A stretch of 64,000 bases of DNA from Patescibacteria group bacterium (GTDB lineage Bacteria; Patescibacteriota; Patescibacteriia; Magasanikbacterales; GWA2-37-8): assembly GCA_041649475.1 (NCBI GenBank), contig JBAZNA010000001.1:611308-675307 (forward strand), given 5' to 3'. Under the pieces are notes generated by a model, which did not search any database, was not told the DNA's origin, and saw only the letters and a program-made list of their open reading frames with translations. The position numbers and the translations under genes were made by a program. Shown here piece by piece: positions 10,301 to 19,180 of this stretch (position 1 is its first letter; each line of letters begins with the position of its first letter).

Positions 10301-13300
10301 GGCTGACCCAAAGGTGCCATCGCCAACTCCAAGAAGAATAGAGACAATGTTGCTTGAACCTTTGGAGATGGCCAAATCCTGATAGCCGTCGCCGTTAAAA
10401 TCTCCATAAACCGTGGAAGTGGTAGTGCCACTGGTGTCATTGTCGGTGATGGTAGCGGTGACAGAAGAAACGGAGATGTTGTTATACATTACATCTGTAC
10501 TGGTGGCAGTATGAGTAATGGCGCTGGTATGATTTCCTTCTACCAAAGCATCATCTATAGCCGAAGCCATGACGGTTTGAGGAGTGTTCCAATTGGAGGA
10601 GGTAAAAGTCAGACGAGCTAAACTGGTGGTAACCTGGGTAGTGGAGGCGGTGACGGAAATATTGACATTAGCCGTGGGTTGGGAAGTAAGAACCACAGTA
10701 TAAGTATCCGTCAGGCCATTTTCGGATATATTGGTTGAACCGCCGGATTGGGTGAGAGTGACACCGGCAGTGTCATTATCAGTGTAGGTGCCTATAATAC
10801 TTTGCGTAATGAAACCTTCAAAACGGGAATCAGTGCTGGAAACAGAATGGGCAATGGTGGCAAAACGCCTTCCGGTTGCCACACTATCATCTGATGCTGT
10901 TATAGTTACTGTCTGGGGCGTATCCCAATTAGCGGAAGTAAAAGTAAGAGATGACACATCTGTTGAAATATATGAACTTATAGGGCTTACATGCACAATC
11001 ACATTGGCGGTTGGCTGACCATCAAGCACCACACTGTAAGTATCTGCTCCGCCTTCATTTATAACAGTTGATCCGCCTGATTCTGCAATCGTTACAGAAG
11101 ATGAAGTATAGGAATTAAATAATATATTAACAAGAGGATCTCCGTATCTTTCCGAAGCGGCCGCCAAATCAACCTTACCATCATGATTAAAATCAGCCGC
11201 AGTTAAAGGACCGTGATACAGGGCATAACTTGGACCACTATACGTCTTAACAAAATAAGATGTTGGGGGTGCGAAGCTCCCATTGCCATTATTTAATAAT
11301 ACATTGACTTTGCTTGAGGGAACGGCGAGATCATTTACTCCATCATTATTAAAATCAGCCGCCACCAATGAATAAAGCGCGGTAGATGTTACAGTGTAAT
11401 TTACCGAGGCCGAAAAGGTCCCGGTTGGCGTTCCATTGAGAAAAACCGCAATATAACTTAAAGAGCCGTTTGTTACGGTAGAGGCCGCCAAATCAATCTT
11501 TCCGTCATTATTTAAATCAGAAGATGTTATGTTGCGTGGGTAATAAGAGCCACTCACTGGAATACTTATACCCGACTGGAAAGTACCGTCGCCTATGCCC
11601 AGCAAAACAGTCACATTAGTACTTGAATAATTTGCAACAGCCAAATCAGTAAAACCATCTCCGTTAAAATCACCCGCAGTTATTGAATAAGGACTGGAAC
11701 TCGCGCTATAACTTACCGCGGCATTAAAGGTACCGTCACCTACACCTAAGAACACAGATACATTATTACTGGTCTTATTGGCTGTGGCCAAATCTTGTTT
11801 ATTATCTCCGTTAAAATCAGCGGCTGTTAAAGAACGGGGGTATGTGCCGGCACCATAGTTTGAAGCCGCACCAAAAGTTCCATCTCCCACGCCTAAAAGC
11901 ACAGAAACATTATTACTGTCATTATTGGCAGATGCTAAATCAATGTTATTATCTCCGTTAAAATCAGCGCTGGCCACCGAGCTTGGGCCGGTGCCTACCG
12001 CAAAGCTTGTTTTTAAACCAAAGGTGCCTGTGGCGGTACTAAGCAACACGGAAACCGTATTACTTCCATGATTGGCAACGGCTAAATCAAAATTTCCATC
12101 ATCATTAAAGTCATCATTAATCAACTGCCGATCATTATAAAACAAGTACATGGGTAAATTTCCATCTTCCGGAACATAGTGCGGAAGCACAAAATTTCCG
12201 GATCCATAATTATATAAAACAGATACATTACCATAACTATAAGCTTGAGTCACAGCAACAGCCAAATCATTTTTCCCATCATTATCAAAGTCAGCGCGGG
12301 TTATAGCTGTAACTGGACCATACAACTGATACACGGTGGAAGATCCAAAGGTTCCGTCGCCGTTGCCGAACCTGGTATCAAACGAACCATTTTCGTTGCC
12401 AACCAACAAATCTTCCTCACTATCATCATTTAAATCTGCAACTAAAAGAGAGCCGTAATAACCCCATGAACCAACACTTATTGCTGAACCCATCAAATAA
12501 TCCGTAGAAGAGGCGAAAGTGCCGTCACCTGCTCCTAAAAGAATGGAAACTGTGTTACTAACAAAACTGGCCGCGGCTATATCCATTTTTCCGTCGTCAT
12601 TAAAATCATTAGTTTTTACATCTTTTGCATAAGGGTTGACTATAAAATAAGTTGATGAATTAAACGTGCCGTCTCCATTTCCCAAAAGAACAGCCACCGA
12701 ACTACTTGTATAAGTAGACACCACCAAATCAACCTTATTATCACCGTTAAAATCAGCTGTAGTCGCATAATACGGATTTCCTACCAGGGTATAATTTACA
12801 GCTGACTGGAAAGTGCCGTCGCCTCTATTCAATAAAACCGAAACCGAAGGAGTGACTTGGGTAAGGTTTGGCACCGCTATATCAGGATAGCCGTCATTAT
12901 TAAAATCGTCTGATACTAAATGCCAAGGATAAGTAACTACCGAATAATTGCTGGCCGCCAAAAAACTACCGTCTCCCCTGCCCAAAAAAATTGAAACATT
13001 GCCGGCACCTCTGTTAGCGGTGGCCAAGTCCATATACCCGTCTAAATTGAAGTCATCCGCGATAACCCCCGTTGTTCCCTCACCACTCTGTGAAGTCGAA
13101 GTTGCCAGAAAGGTACCATCCCCTTGATTTAAATAAATATGAAGAGTATCGGTATCATCAAAAGGAACGGCCACATCAATTTTCCCATCACCATTAAAAT
13201 CACCGCTGGCAATGGTGGTTATATAGCCGATCCCTGATCCGAGAGTAATATCATCCCTAGTTTTGAATACCTCCGCGGCTGCCCACACATACCCCACCGA

Positions 13301-13396
13301 TGCCAAAATTACCGCATACATAAAAATAGCCAAAAAAATGGCTGCGGCTTTTTGTTTTACATCTGTATAATCCTTAATCGGCTTAAAAGCAGTCAT
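7304..13396 (-). CDS. Giant cell-surface protein: signal-anchor, about 30 FG-GAP/VCBS repeats (integrin-alpha-like beta-propellers), three Ig/cadherin-like domains, Asn-rich linker, two C-terminal peptidoglycan-binding (PG_binding_1) domains
   Basis: 2030 aa. The repeat unit DFNxDGxxDLAVAN...VSVLLGxGDGTF recurs with a period of about 55 aa. Segments such as TVTITASDDSVATG resemble Ig/Calx-like modules. The C-terminus carries two LxxGxxGxDVKxLQxxL...GYFGxxTxxAVxxFQ peptidoglycan-binding modules. Confidence 0.85.
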   Translation of the reverse strand: MTAFKPIKDYTDVKQKAAAIFLAIFMYAVILASVGYVWAAAEVFKTRDDITLGSGIGYITTIASGDFNGDGKIDVAVPFDDTDTLHIYLNQGDGTFLATSTSQSGEGTTGVIADDFNLDGYMDLATANRGAGNVSIFLGRGDGSFLAASNYSVVTYPWHLVSDDFNNDGYPDIAVPNLTQVTPSVSVLLNRGDGTFQSAVNYTLVGNPYYATTADFNGDNKVDLVVSTYTSSSVAVLLGNGDGTFNSSTYFIVNPYAKDVKTNDFNDDGKMDIAAASFVSNTVSILLGAGDGTFASSTDYLMGSAISVGSWGYYGSLLVADLNDDSEEDLLVGNENGSFDTRFGNGDGTFGSSTVYQLYGPVTAITRADFDNDGKNDLAVAVTQAYSYGNVSVLYNYGSGNFVLPHYVPEDGNLPMYLFYNDRQLINDDFNDDGNFDLAVANHGSNTVSVLLSTATGTFGLKTSFAVGTGPSSVASADFNGDNNIDLASANNDSNNVSVLLGVGDGTFGAASNYGAGTYPRSLTAADFNGDNKQDLATANKTSNNVSVFLGVGDGTFNAAVSYSASSSPYSITAGDFNGDGFTDLAVANYSSTNVTVLLGIGDGTFQSGISIPVSGSYYPRNITSSDLNNDGKIDLAASTVTNGSLSYIAVFLNGTPTGTFSASVNYTVTSTALYSLVAADFNNDGVNDLAVPSSKVNVLLNNGNGSFAPPTSYFVKTYSGPSYALYHGPLTAADFNHDGKVDLAAASERYGDPLVNILFNSYTSSSVTIAESGGSTVINEGGADTYSVVLDGQPTANVIVHVSPISSYISTDVSSLTFTSANWDTPQTVTITASDDSVATGRRFATIAHSVSSTDSRFEGFITQSIIGTYTDNDTAGVTLTQSGGSTNISENGLTDTYTVVLTSQPTANVNISVTASTTQVTTSLARLTFTSSNWNTPQTVMASAIDDALVEGNHTSAITHTATSTDVMYNNISVSSVTATITDNDTSGTTTSTVYGDFNGDGYQDLAISKGSSNIVSILLGVGDGTFGSAVNYNVSTSPKAIVLGYFNSDSYLDLAVANSGSDNISILLGVGNGTFGTATNYTVSSSPYSVTTGDFNVDGKTDLAVANYGSDNVSVLFGVGNGTFGSVTNYSVNSKPISIISADFNSDNKNDLAVANFSSSTVSILLNSSVTGTFSAAVNYNIGDGTFPYSITTYDFNSDNLYDIVTANSASNTVSILLNSGSGTFTLQNTTYAVGASPRSITNYDLNGDGKRDLITSNYSANTISTLFGTGIGTFATSTAYSLGTKPLTVLTTDFSGDFWPDIVVADSSASSYSILIGNRGGLFSSSLFADPVAYDVDSYPVHTVAADFNEDGNTDLVVGSLLTGTLTVVLGNGDGSFSALGSVPMETYVGGMAVSDFNSDGHLDLAFANYTAGTVSVVFGNGDGTFRDLTPYGAASGGLWVTTADVNGDNKSDLIEGDFVGTDVYVLLNNGNGTFGSATNYTVGMGIVTVSAADLNSDGKIDLIAPSGMGSTVSVLLGNGNGTFGAATPYTVGAGPFYTATTDFNGDGYFDLAVANNNTLYDSSNPGTTVSILLNNGNGTFGSATNYTVGTSPTGIASEDFNEDGNEDLAVANIGSGGNGSVSVLLGLGNGTFGSATTYAIGGQVYWVTADDLNKDSKPDLAVVDFTGSLSILLNTHTTGAGVTVSQKASTNVWEDGMTDTFSIVLAAQPSASVIITVSAPTSTQMVFYPSTLTFTSTTWYTAQTVTMAANGSTFTGNHNVTISNTASSSDSGYEGIAIVSIPVTIHKNGGGGPSVVFPISSGSGAVLSTSSLSTSTLFNLFSTSTNQQNNNNSNTNLTTTTSTPITVVTSVLSDLSKLILSTVFGRNLYVGNIGYDVKILQNILSEIPGIYPQKLKTGYYGPLTKNAVKNYQTANTIASTTIGRFDTITRGYLTKTYQLPTSSPKYLFTRSLQLGSSGTDVKVLQTILAQNKAIYPEAKITGYFDSATKKAVQRFQLKYKITSPSIYGYGIFGPKTRAKIVEMMR

Positions 13397-13420
13397 AAAA
13401 GCTGCACTTTTATGTATATA

Positions 13421-13428
13421 TTATAGCA
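13421..13428 (-). promoter_or_regulatory. Putative extended -10 promoter element (TGcTATAAT) about 25 nt upstream of the giant surface-protein ATG
   Basis: Reverse complement of ATTATAGCACA gives TGTGCTATAAT. No convincing -35 was seen. Confidence 0.3.
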
Positions 13429-13505
13429 CAATTTTATCCACAAAAAAATCCCCTACTCTTGGGGAAATTATGTTAGGGAAGATTTTGCTAAATAAGATTT
13501 ATTCT

Positions 13506-13871
13506 CTACTGCTTTGCCACTGTCACATCCTTTATGCCGACACTCAAATACTTTATCCCGCCGGCCGCCACCATATCCATCTTTGCCAATCTTTCCTGTA
13601 TATTGCTTAGCGAACTATTTTCGGCGATTTGGATGTTGGTTTTTTCAATGTCCTGTTCCAGAGCCGCGGTTTGTGTTTCCAATTTGTGCAATTCATAGCC
13701 GCTGGTGGTTGAAGATGTAGTTTTAAATACATAAGCAGCACCAACAAGCACAATCACTCCCACAAAAACAAAACGAATCGTATTTCCATCAATCCATTTG
13801 GGCAAACTCAAAAATCGTAAAGCATTGATGAAATTATGATATTTGAATTGAATTTGCCTTTTAATAGTCAT
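13506..13871 (-). CDS. ftsL: FtsL-like cell-division membrane protein (septum formation initiator family)
   Basis: 121 aa with a single TM helix followed by a coiled coil. It sits immediately downstream of rsmH, as in the dcw cluster. Confidence 0.45.
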   Translation of the reverse strand: MTIKRQIQFKYHNFINALRFLSLPKWIDGNTIRFVFVGVIVLVGAAYVFKTTSSTTSGYELHKLETQTAALEQDIEKTNIQIAENSSLSNIQERLAKMDMVAAGGIKYLSVGIKDVTVAKQ

Positions 13872-14776
13872 AATTTTTCTATTATGCGTAGTTTCGCGCT
13901 TCTTGATTTGGGATTATTTTTTACCTCCTCACTTGTCGGCGCAATTGGTTTTTTATTAATTAATTTGGCTGTTTTTGCCCCCGCGAAATATTGTTTTACG
14001 ATTCTGTCTTCGAGCGAATGAAAACTGATTACTGCCAGTCGTCCGCCCGGAGCCAGAATTTCAATTGCTTGCGGCAATGTATTTTTTAAATTTTCCAGTT
14101 CATGATTGACTTCTATGCGCAAGGCCTGAAAGATCTTTGTGGCCGGGTGTATATCGCCTATTCGCGGCACATCCTTATCAGTGTGTAACTCTTGCCTATA
14201 AACCTCTAAAATCGTTTCCACCAGCTGGCCAACCTTTTCAAACGGAACTTGTTTTCTTTTTTCTTTTATGGCCTGGGCAATTTCCGCACTGAATTTTTCT
14301 TCTCCGTATAATTTGAAAATTTTATTTAAATCAACTTGACTGTAAGTGTTTAAAATTTCGGCGGCTGTCAGCGATCCGTTTTGTTTAATTTCATAGCGCA
14401 TGTCCAGCGGTTCATCCGGCAAATTGAAGCTCAATCCTCTGCCCCGCTCTTCAAACTGCGGCGTTGACCAGCCCAAATCCATTAAAATCCCGTTAACTTC
14501 AAAGAACTTATTTTCTTCAGCTATTTTTTTTAAATTTGTAAAATTGTCTCTGATTAAAATCGCCCGCTCTTGCCAACTGTATAAAAACCTTTTTGCCCGC
14601 AGAACCGCTTCAATATCCGCGTCTATTCCGAGCAATCTTCCGTTCGGCCCGATACGCTCCAAAATCGCTTCGCTGTGGCCCGCATCCCCTAAAGTACAAT
14701 CCACAATATTCGCCCCGGGCTTTAAAGCCAGTGCCTCAATCGCCTCCTTTAGTAATACGGGGACATGGCGGCTCAT
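13868..14776 (-). CDS. rsmH: 16S rRNA (cytosine1402-N4)-methyltransferase RsmH (likely true start at the internal ATG, MSRHVPVLL)
   Basis: Shows the N-terminal HVPVLL motif and the SAM-binding GxG DCTLG.GGHS-like motif. Ordered after mraZ on the minus strand. The ORF track extends it to 14908. Confidence 0.9.
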   Translation of the reverse strand: MSRHVPVLLKEAIEALALKPGANIVDCTLGDAGHSEAILERIGPNGRLLGIDADIEAVLRAKRFLYSWQERAILIRDNFTNLKKIAEENKFFEVNGILMDLGWSTPQFEERGRGLSFNLPDEPLDMRYEIKQNGSLTAAEILNTYSQVDLNKIFKLYGEEKFSAEIAQAIKEKRKQVPFEKVGQLVETILEVYRQELHTDKDVPRIGDIHPATKIFQALRIEVNHELENLKNTLPQAIEILAPGGRLAVISFHSLEDRIVKQYFAGAKTAKLINKKPIAPTSEEVKNNPKSRSAKLRIIEKL

Positions 14777-14789
14777 AATTTGGAAAAAA

Positions 14790-15221
14790 TTAAACTCCCA
14801 ACTCGGCCATTCGTTCGGCGATAGCGCCGCTTTCGGCTTCGGTTGTGCCTTTATACTTTGACCAGTTCTCCTGGTCCCAAATTTCCAATCGATTGTAAAG
14901 ACCGGCAATAACCACTGATTTTTTTAAACTTGCGAACTTTCTTAAATATTCCGGCAGGATCGCCCGGCCCTGCGAGTCAAGATCAACATCCATGGCTCCG
15001 GCCAGCATCAGGCGTGAAAACGCGCGGCTGTTGGCCTGGCTGATCGGGAGTGCGGCTAATTTTTCCGCCAACTTCGCCCATTCGGTTTTTGTATAAAGAA
15101 ATAAACAATTGTCTAACCCTCTGGTGACCACCGCGCCCTTTGCCAATTCACGTCTAAACTTGGCCGGTATTGCCAGCCGTCCTTTGTCATCAAGATTATG
15201 TGCATATTCTCCAATAAACAT
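14790..15221 (-). CDS. mraZ: Transcriptional regulator MraZ (true start likely MFIGEY)
   Basis: Duplicated MraZ/SpoVT-AbrB halves (DDKGRL..P and DSQGRI.LP). The ORF track extends it to 15278. Confidence 0.85.
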   Translation of the reverse strand: MFIGEYAHNLDDKGRLAIPAKFRRELAKGAVVTRGLDNCLFLYTKTEWAKLAEKLAALPISQANSRAFSRLMLAGAMDVDLDSQGRAILPEYLRKFASLKKSVVIAGLYNRLEIWDQENWSKYKGTTEAESGAIAERMAELGV

Positions 15222-15355
15222 ACCGGGCAATAAATTTTGTGGGATATGTTGTCCCCACTTTTTTCCACCTATTCCCATTTTACTCCACTACAAAACACAA
15301 GTCAACAATATCCACCAAAATTATACCGCTAAATTTTGGCTAAAATATAACAAAA

Positions 15356-15378
15356 CAGTCCCGACTTAGTCGGGACTG
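15356..15378. terminator. Hairpin CAGTCCCGAC-TTAG-TCGGGACTG downstream of the beta-CASP RNase gene
   Basis: Perfect 10-bp inverted repeat located between the RNase stop and the mraZ start region. Confidence 0.45.
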
Positions 15379-15401
15379 TGGATAAGTAACCAAATTTTTT
15401 G

Positions 15402-16757
15402 CTAAACCTCAACCTCTAACCCAAAATTCACCACTGTCGCCTTCACGCCCAAATCCCCTGTCAATCTCTTTGCCAGCGCTTCAGACGCATTCGGTTCGCC
15501 GTGATTTATAAAAACTTTTTTTGGCAGAGATGTTCCGCCGCCGACCCAATCCAATAATTTATTCTGATCGCCGTGCGCGGATAAGGCGCCAATCGCTTTC
15601 ACCTGGCAGTGCACCGGAATTCTCTCGCCCATAATCTCCACCGGCGACTCGCCGTCCAAAATCCGGCGGCCCAAAGTTCCCTGGGATTGATAACCCACAA
15701 TCAACAAAGAATTTCTTTCATCAGACAAATAACGCATGGCATGATGCACTATGCGTCCGCCGTTCATCATACCGGCACCGGCGATAATTATTTTCGCGCC
15801 GGGCGTTTGATTTATGCGTTTTGATTCTTCTTTGGTTTCGGTCATCATCAGGCCCGGAAATTGGAACAAATCATCCCCGTCTTTAAATAATTTTTCCGCT
15901 TCTTCGTCATAATACTCCGGAAACTCACGATAAACTTTGGTGGCATTTATGGCCAAGGGACTGTCCAAATATATCGGCACACGCGGCAACCTTTGTTTTC
16001 TATCAACCAAATCATTTAAATCATACAAAAGCTCCTGGGTTCTTTCCAAAGAAAAAGACGGGATCATCAAAACCCCGCCGCGGCCCAAACCGTTTATAAC
16101 CAAATTTTCAATTAACTGTTGTCTTGCCTCGGTTGATTCATGCAATCTGTCGCCATAAGTTGATTCACACACTAAAGCATCCACATCAGCCGGTAAAATT
16201 TCCGTATCCCGCAGAATCGGCACATTAACATTGCCGATGTCGCCGGAAAAAACAACTCTTTTTCCTTCGGTTTCAAACAAAACAAAAGCCGAACCAAAAA
16301 TATGGCCGGCATCAAAAAACTTGAATCTTATGTCCGGAGCCAACTCAAACTCCTCTCCGTAATCAACCTCTTTAAACTGTTGCATCACAGCCGCTATATC
16401 CGGCTCTTCATACAAAACCTTGTGTCCGAATTTGCGCTGGTTATAATTCATCACCTCTAAAGCGTCCTCCAAAATAAGGCGGGTCAGCTCAATTGTGGCC
16501 GGAGTAGCATAAAAAAATCTGGTGTAGCCGCCCTTTATGAGCAATGGCAGACGGCCAACATGATCCAAATGAGAATGGGTTACAATCACTGCCGATAATT
16601 CCTTGGGGTCAAATCCAAGCGGATTAAAATTTTTCTCTTCATTGAATTGACCACCCTGAAACATTCCGCAATCAATTAAAATCTTCTGCCCGCCGGCTTC
16701 AAACAAATTGCAGGACCCGGTTACCTCCCTGGCCGCGCCGTAAAAGGATATTTTCAT
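15402..16757 (-). CDS. MBL-fold beta-CASP ribonuclease (RNase J / CPSF-like)
   Basis: Contains the HSHLDH metal-binding motif followed by beta-CASP and RNA-metabolising MBL C-terminal motifs. 451 aa. Confidence 0.75.
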   Translation of the reverse strand: MKISFYGAAREVTGSCNLFEAGGQKILIDCGMFQGGQFNEEKNFNPLGFDPKELSAVIVTHSHLDHVGRLPLLIKGGYTRFFYATPATIELTRLILEDALEVMNYNQRKFGHKVLYEEPDIAAVMQQFKEVDYGEEFELAPDIRFKFFDAGHIFGSAFVLFETEGKRVVFSGDIGNVNVPILRDTEILPADVDALVCESTYGDRLHESTEARQQLIENLVINGLGRGGVLMIPSFSLERTQELLYDLNDLVDRKQRLPRVPIYLDSPLAINATKVYREFPEYYDEEAEKLFKDGDDLFQFPGLMMTETKEESKRINQTPGAKIIIAGAGMMNGGRIVHHAMRYLSDERNSLLIVGYQSQGTLGRRILDGESPVEIMGERIPVHCQVKAIGALSAHGDQNKLLDWVGGGTSLPKKVFINHGEPNASEALAKRLTGDLGVKATVVNFGLEVEV

Positions 16758-16839
16758 AGTTTGTGCATATCTTTACCTTTGAACTATCTTACATTAAAAA
16801 TCTATACAAATCAATATCTTTTTGTTATAATATTTCCAT

Positions 16840-17538
16840 ATGCGACGTAATATCGATAATATTGAGATTGTTGAACCGCCATTTGAAGAACTGACAAAAA
16901 AATATTCCACCTTTTCCGCGGTTAAACGCACTTGTCTGGCCGGTTGCGGCTGTTTGGTTATCTTTATAATCGGGATAATTATTTTATTAAAAGTTTTAAT
17001 GGGCGCCGGGCCGCAAAATCTTAGCAAGGTGCCGGCCAATTTTCCTGCTGATATACCTGTCTATGATAAAGACAGTATTCAAAGAATCACCTACGTTTCC
17101 GGAAATTATAAAAACAAAGGCATAGAAATCGCGGCGATTTTTCCAAAAATAATTCTGTCTCCCCTGCTGATGTCTCTGGAAAACAAGCAACCGGCCAGTT
17201 CCACAAATAGTGGTGGATTTTCCATTGGCAATCTGTGGCAGTTGCTTACAGCACCGATAAGCGACCACCGGGACACGGTTCAAATAGAATGGCGGAGTTT
17301 GGCTGCCGACCCGTTCTTTATCGTCGGATATTACAAAACCGAACTGCAAAAAAATAATTACAATATAGATCTGGAAAGCGAAGGCAATGATGTCAGACAA
17401 TTTTCTTTTAGCCGCGGCGACATAAACGGTTCTCTTTATGTGGAAAGTGGCGGCGGAAAAGCCGGCACCAATGATATGATTTTAACGGTCAATATCGGCA
17501 GCGGGGTTGCCACCGGTACGCCCGCAAGCGCGCCTTAA
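16840..17538 (+). CDS. Hypothetical membrane-anchored protein
   Basis: One N-terminal TM helix and no recognisable domain. A TGTTATAAT -10 like element lies just upstream, at about 16823-16831. Confidence 0.4.
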   Translation: MRRNIDNIEIVEPPFEELTKKYSTFSAVKRTCLAGCGCLVIFIIGIIILLKVLMGAGPQNLSKVPANFPADIPVYDKDSIQRITYVSGNYKNKGIEIAAIFPKIILSPLLMSLENKQPASSTNSGGFSIGNLWQLLTAPISDHRDTVQIEWRSLAADPFFIVGYYKTELQKNNYNIDLESEGNDVRQFSFSRGDINGSLYVESGGGKAGTNDMILTVNIGSGVATGTPASAP

Positions 17539-17539
17539 T

Positions 17540-19159
17540 ATGCTGGGAAAATTTTTGAACGGACAATCAAAAAGCATAACCGGCGCGGCCATAATTATTG
17601 CCGCGGCCACCTTGCTTAGCCGCGTAGTCGGTCTTTTTCGCGATCGAATTTTTGCCCATTATTTTGGCGCCGGCCCGACTATGGATGCCTACTATGCCGC
17701 GTTCAAAATTCCCGATTTGGTTTACAGTTTGCTTATTGTCGGCGCTTTAAGCGCGGGTTTCATTCCCACTTTCACAAAATTATTTACCAATAGCGACGAT
17801 AAGTCCCCGGCATGGCAATTAGCCAATAATGTTTTAAACATTACCGCTGTTTGCTTGGCCGGATTAAGTTTGTTGGGGATAATTTTCACTCCGTTTATTG
17901 CTCCTCTAATTGCTCCGGGGTTTTCTTCCGCAACCAGAGATTTGGTGGTTAATTTTACCAGGATAATGTTCGGTTCAACATTTTTGCTCGGACTATCAAT
18001 GGTAGTGGGCGGAATTTTGCAATCTCTGCGCAGTTTTGTATTGTATTCTTTGGCGCCGATATTTTATAATCTGGGCATTATCTTAGGCGTGGTTGTCCTG
18101 GTACCGGCCATGGGTATAACCGGCTTGGCCTGGGGTGTTGTTTTGGGTGCGGCTCTACACTTTGGAGTGCAAACCTTTAGCGCTTACGCCAACGGCTATC
18201 GTTGGAAATGGGTTTTAAACTGGAAAGATAAAAACACAAATTTGATCTGGCGGCTGATGATTCCGCGCACTATGGGTTTGGCCATCAGCCAAATTAACTT
18301 GGTTATCGTAACTATTTTGGCATCGCTCTTACCGGTTGGCAGCGTGGCCATTTTTAATTACGCCAATAATTTACAAGGCGTGCCCACCGGCATTATCGGC
18401 ATTCCTTTTGCTTTAGCCGTATTCCCGGTGCTCTCCGCGGCCATTGCCAAAAATGACAAAGAAGAATTTATAAAAAATTTATCTTCCACCATCAGACAAA
18501 TTTTATTTTTAATTATTCCGATTTCAATAGTTGTTTTACTTTTGCGCGCCCAGTTGGTTCGGGTAATTTTAGGCAGTGGTGAATTTGATTGGACCGCCAC
18601 CATACACACAGCCAATGCCCTGGCGCTGTTTGCCTTAAGCTTATTCGCACAATCTTTAATCCCGTTATTCGCCCGGGCCTTTTACGCTTTATCAAATACA
18701 AAAACACCGTTTATAATCGGAGTTATATCTGAATTAATCAGTATCATTTCGGCGTTAGTATTAATGAAGCCGTTGGGGGTCTCCGGATTGGCTTTGGCAT
18801 TTTCTATCGGATCGATTTTAAACTTTTTCATGCTGGCCATTGCCCTGCGCGGGGTTTATAAAACGCTTGATGAAGAAAAAATATTCGCTTCATTTTTTAG
18901 AATCGCGATTGCGGCTATTCCCATGGCTCTGGTTATACAACTGCTGAAATATCCGCTGGCTGATATTTTTGATCAAACCCATTTTTGGGGCATTTTCGGA
19001 CAGGGATTTGTGGCGGGAATAGCCGGTCTGGCGGTTTATGTGGTTTTATGTTATATATTGAAAGTACCCGAACTTATACAACTAAAAGACAGTTTAAAAA
19101 AGCGCTGGTTACAGGCCAGGAATATCCCGACTGAAGAATCAATTACTAGCGGGGAATAA
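17540..19159 (+). CDS. murJ: Lipid II flippase MurJ (MviN)
   Basis: Polytopic protein with the MurJ N-terminal signature (AA.LLSR..G..RD...A.YFGAG...DAY..AF.IP) and about 14 TM segments. The ORF track extends the start to 17507. Confidence 0.85.
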   Translation: MLGKFLNGQSKSITGAAIIIAAATLLSRVVGLFRDRIFAHYFGAGPTMDAYYAAFKIPDLVYSLLIVGALSAGFIPTFTKLFTNSDDKSPAWQLANNVLNITAVCLAGLSLLGIIFTPFIAPLIAPGFSSATRDLVVNFTRIMFGSTFLLGLSMVVGGILQSLRSFVLYSLAPIFYNLGIILGVVVLVPAMGITGLAWGVVLGAALHFGVQTFSAYANGYRWKWVLNWKDKNTNLIWRLMIPRTMGLAISQINLVIVTILASLLPVGSVAIFNYANNLQGVPTGIIGIPFALAVFPVLSAAIAKNDKEEFIKNLSSTIRQILFLIIPISIVVLLLRAQLVRVILGSGEFDWTATIHTANALALFALSLFAQSLIPLFARAFYALSNTKTPFIIGVISELISIISALVLMKPLGVSGLALAFSIGSILNFFMLAIALRGVYKTLDEEKIFASFFRIAIAAIPMALVIQLLKYPLADIFDQTHFWGIFGQGFVAGIAGLAVYVVLCYILKVPELIQLKDSLKKRWLQARNIPTEESITSGE

Positions 19160-19180
19160 GGCGGGTGAAGAATAGAAAAC

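Noticed and set aside
16794-17400. Minus-strand ORFs 16794-17039 and 16996-17400 overlapping the plus-strand membrane-protein gene
   Set aside because: They are overlapping antisense ORFs with an odd composition. The plus-strand gene has a promoter-like TGTTATAAT element and reads continuously, so the plus-strand call is preferred. Both have low confidence.
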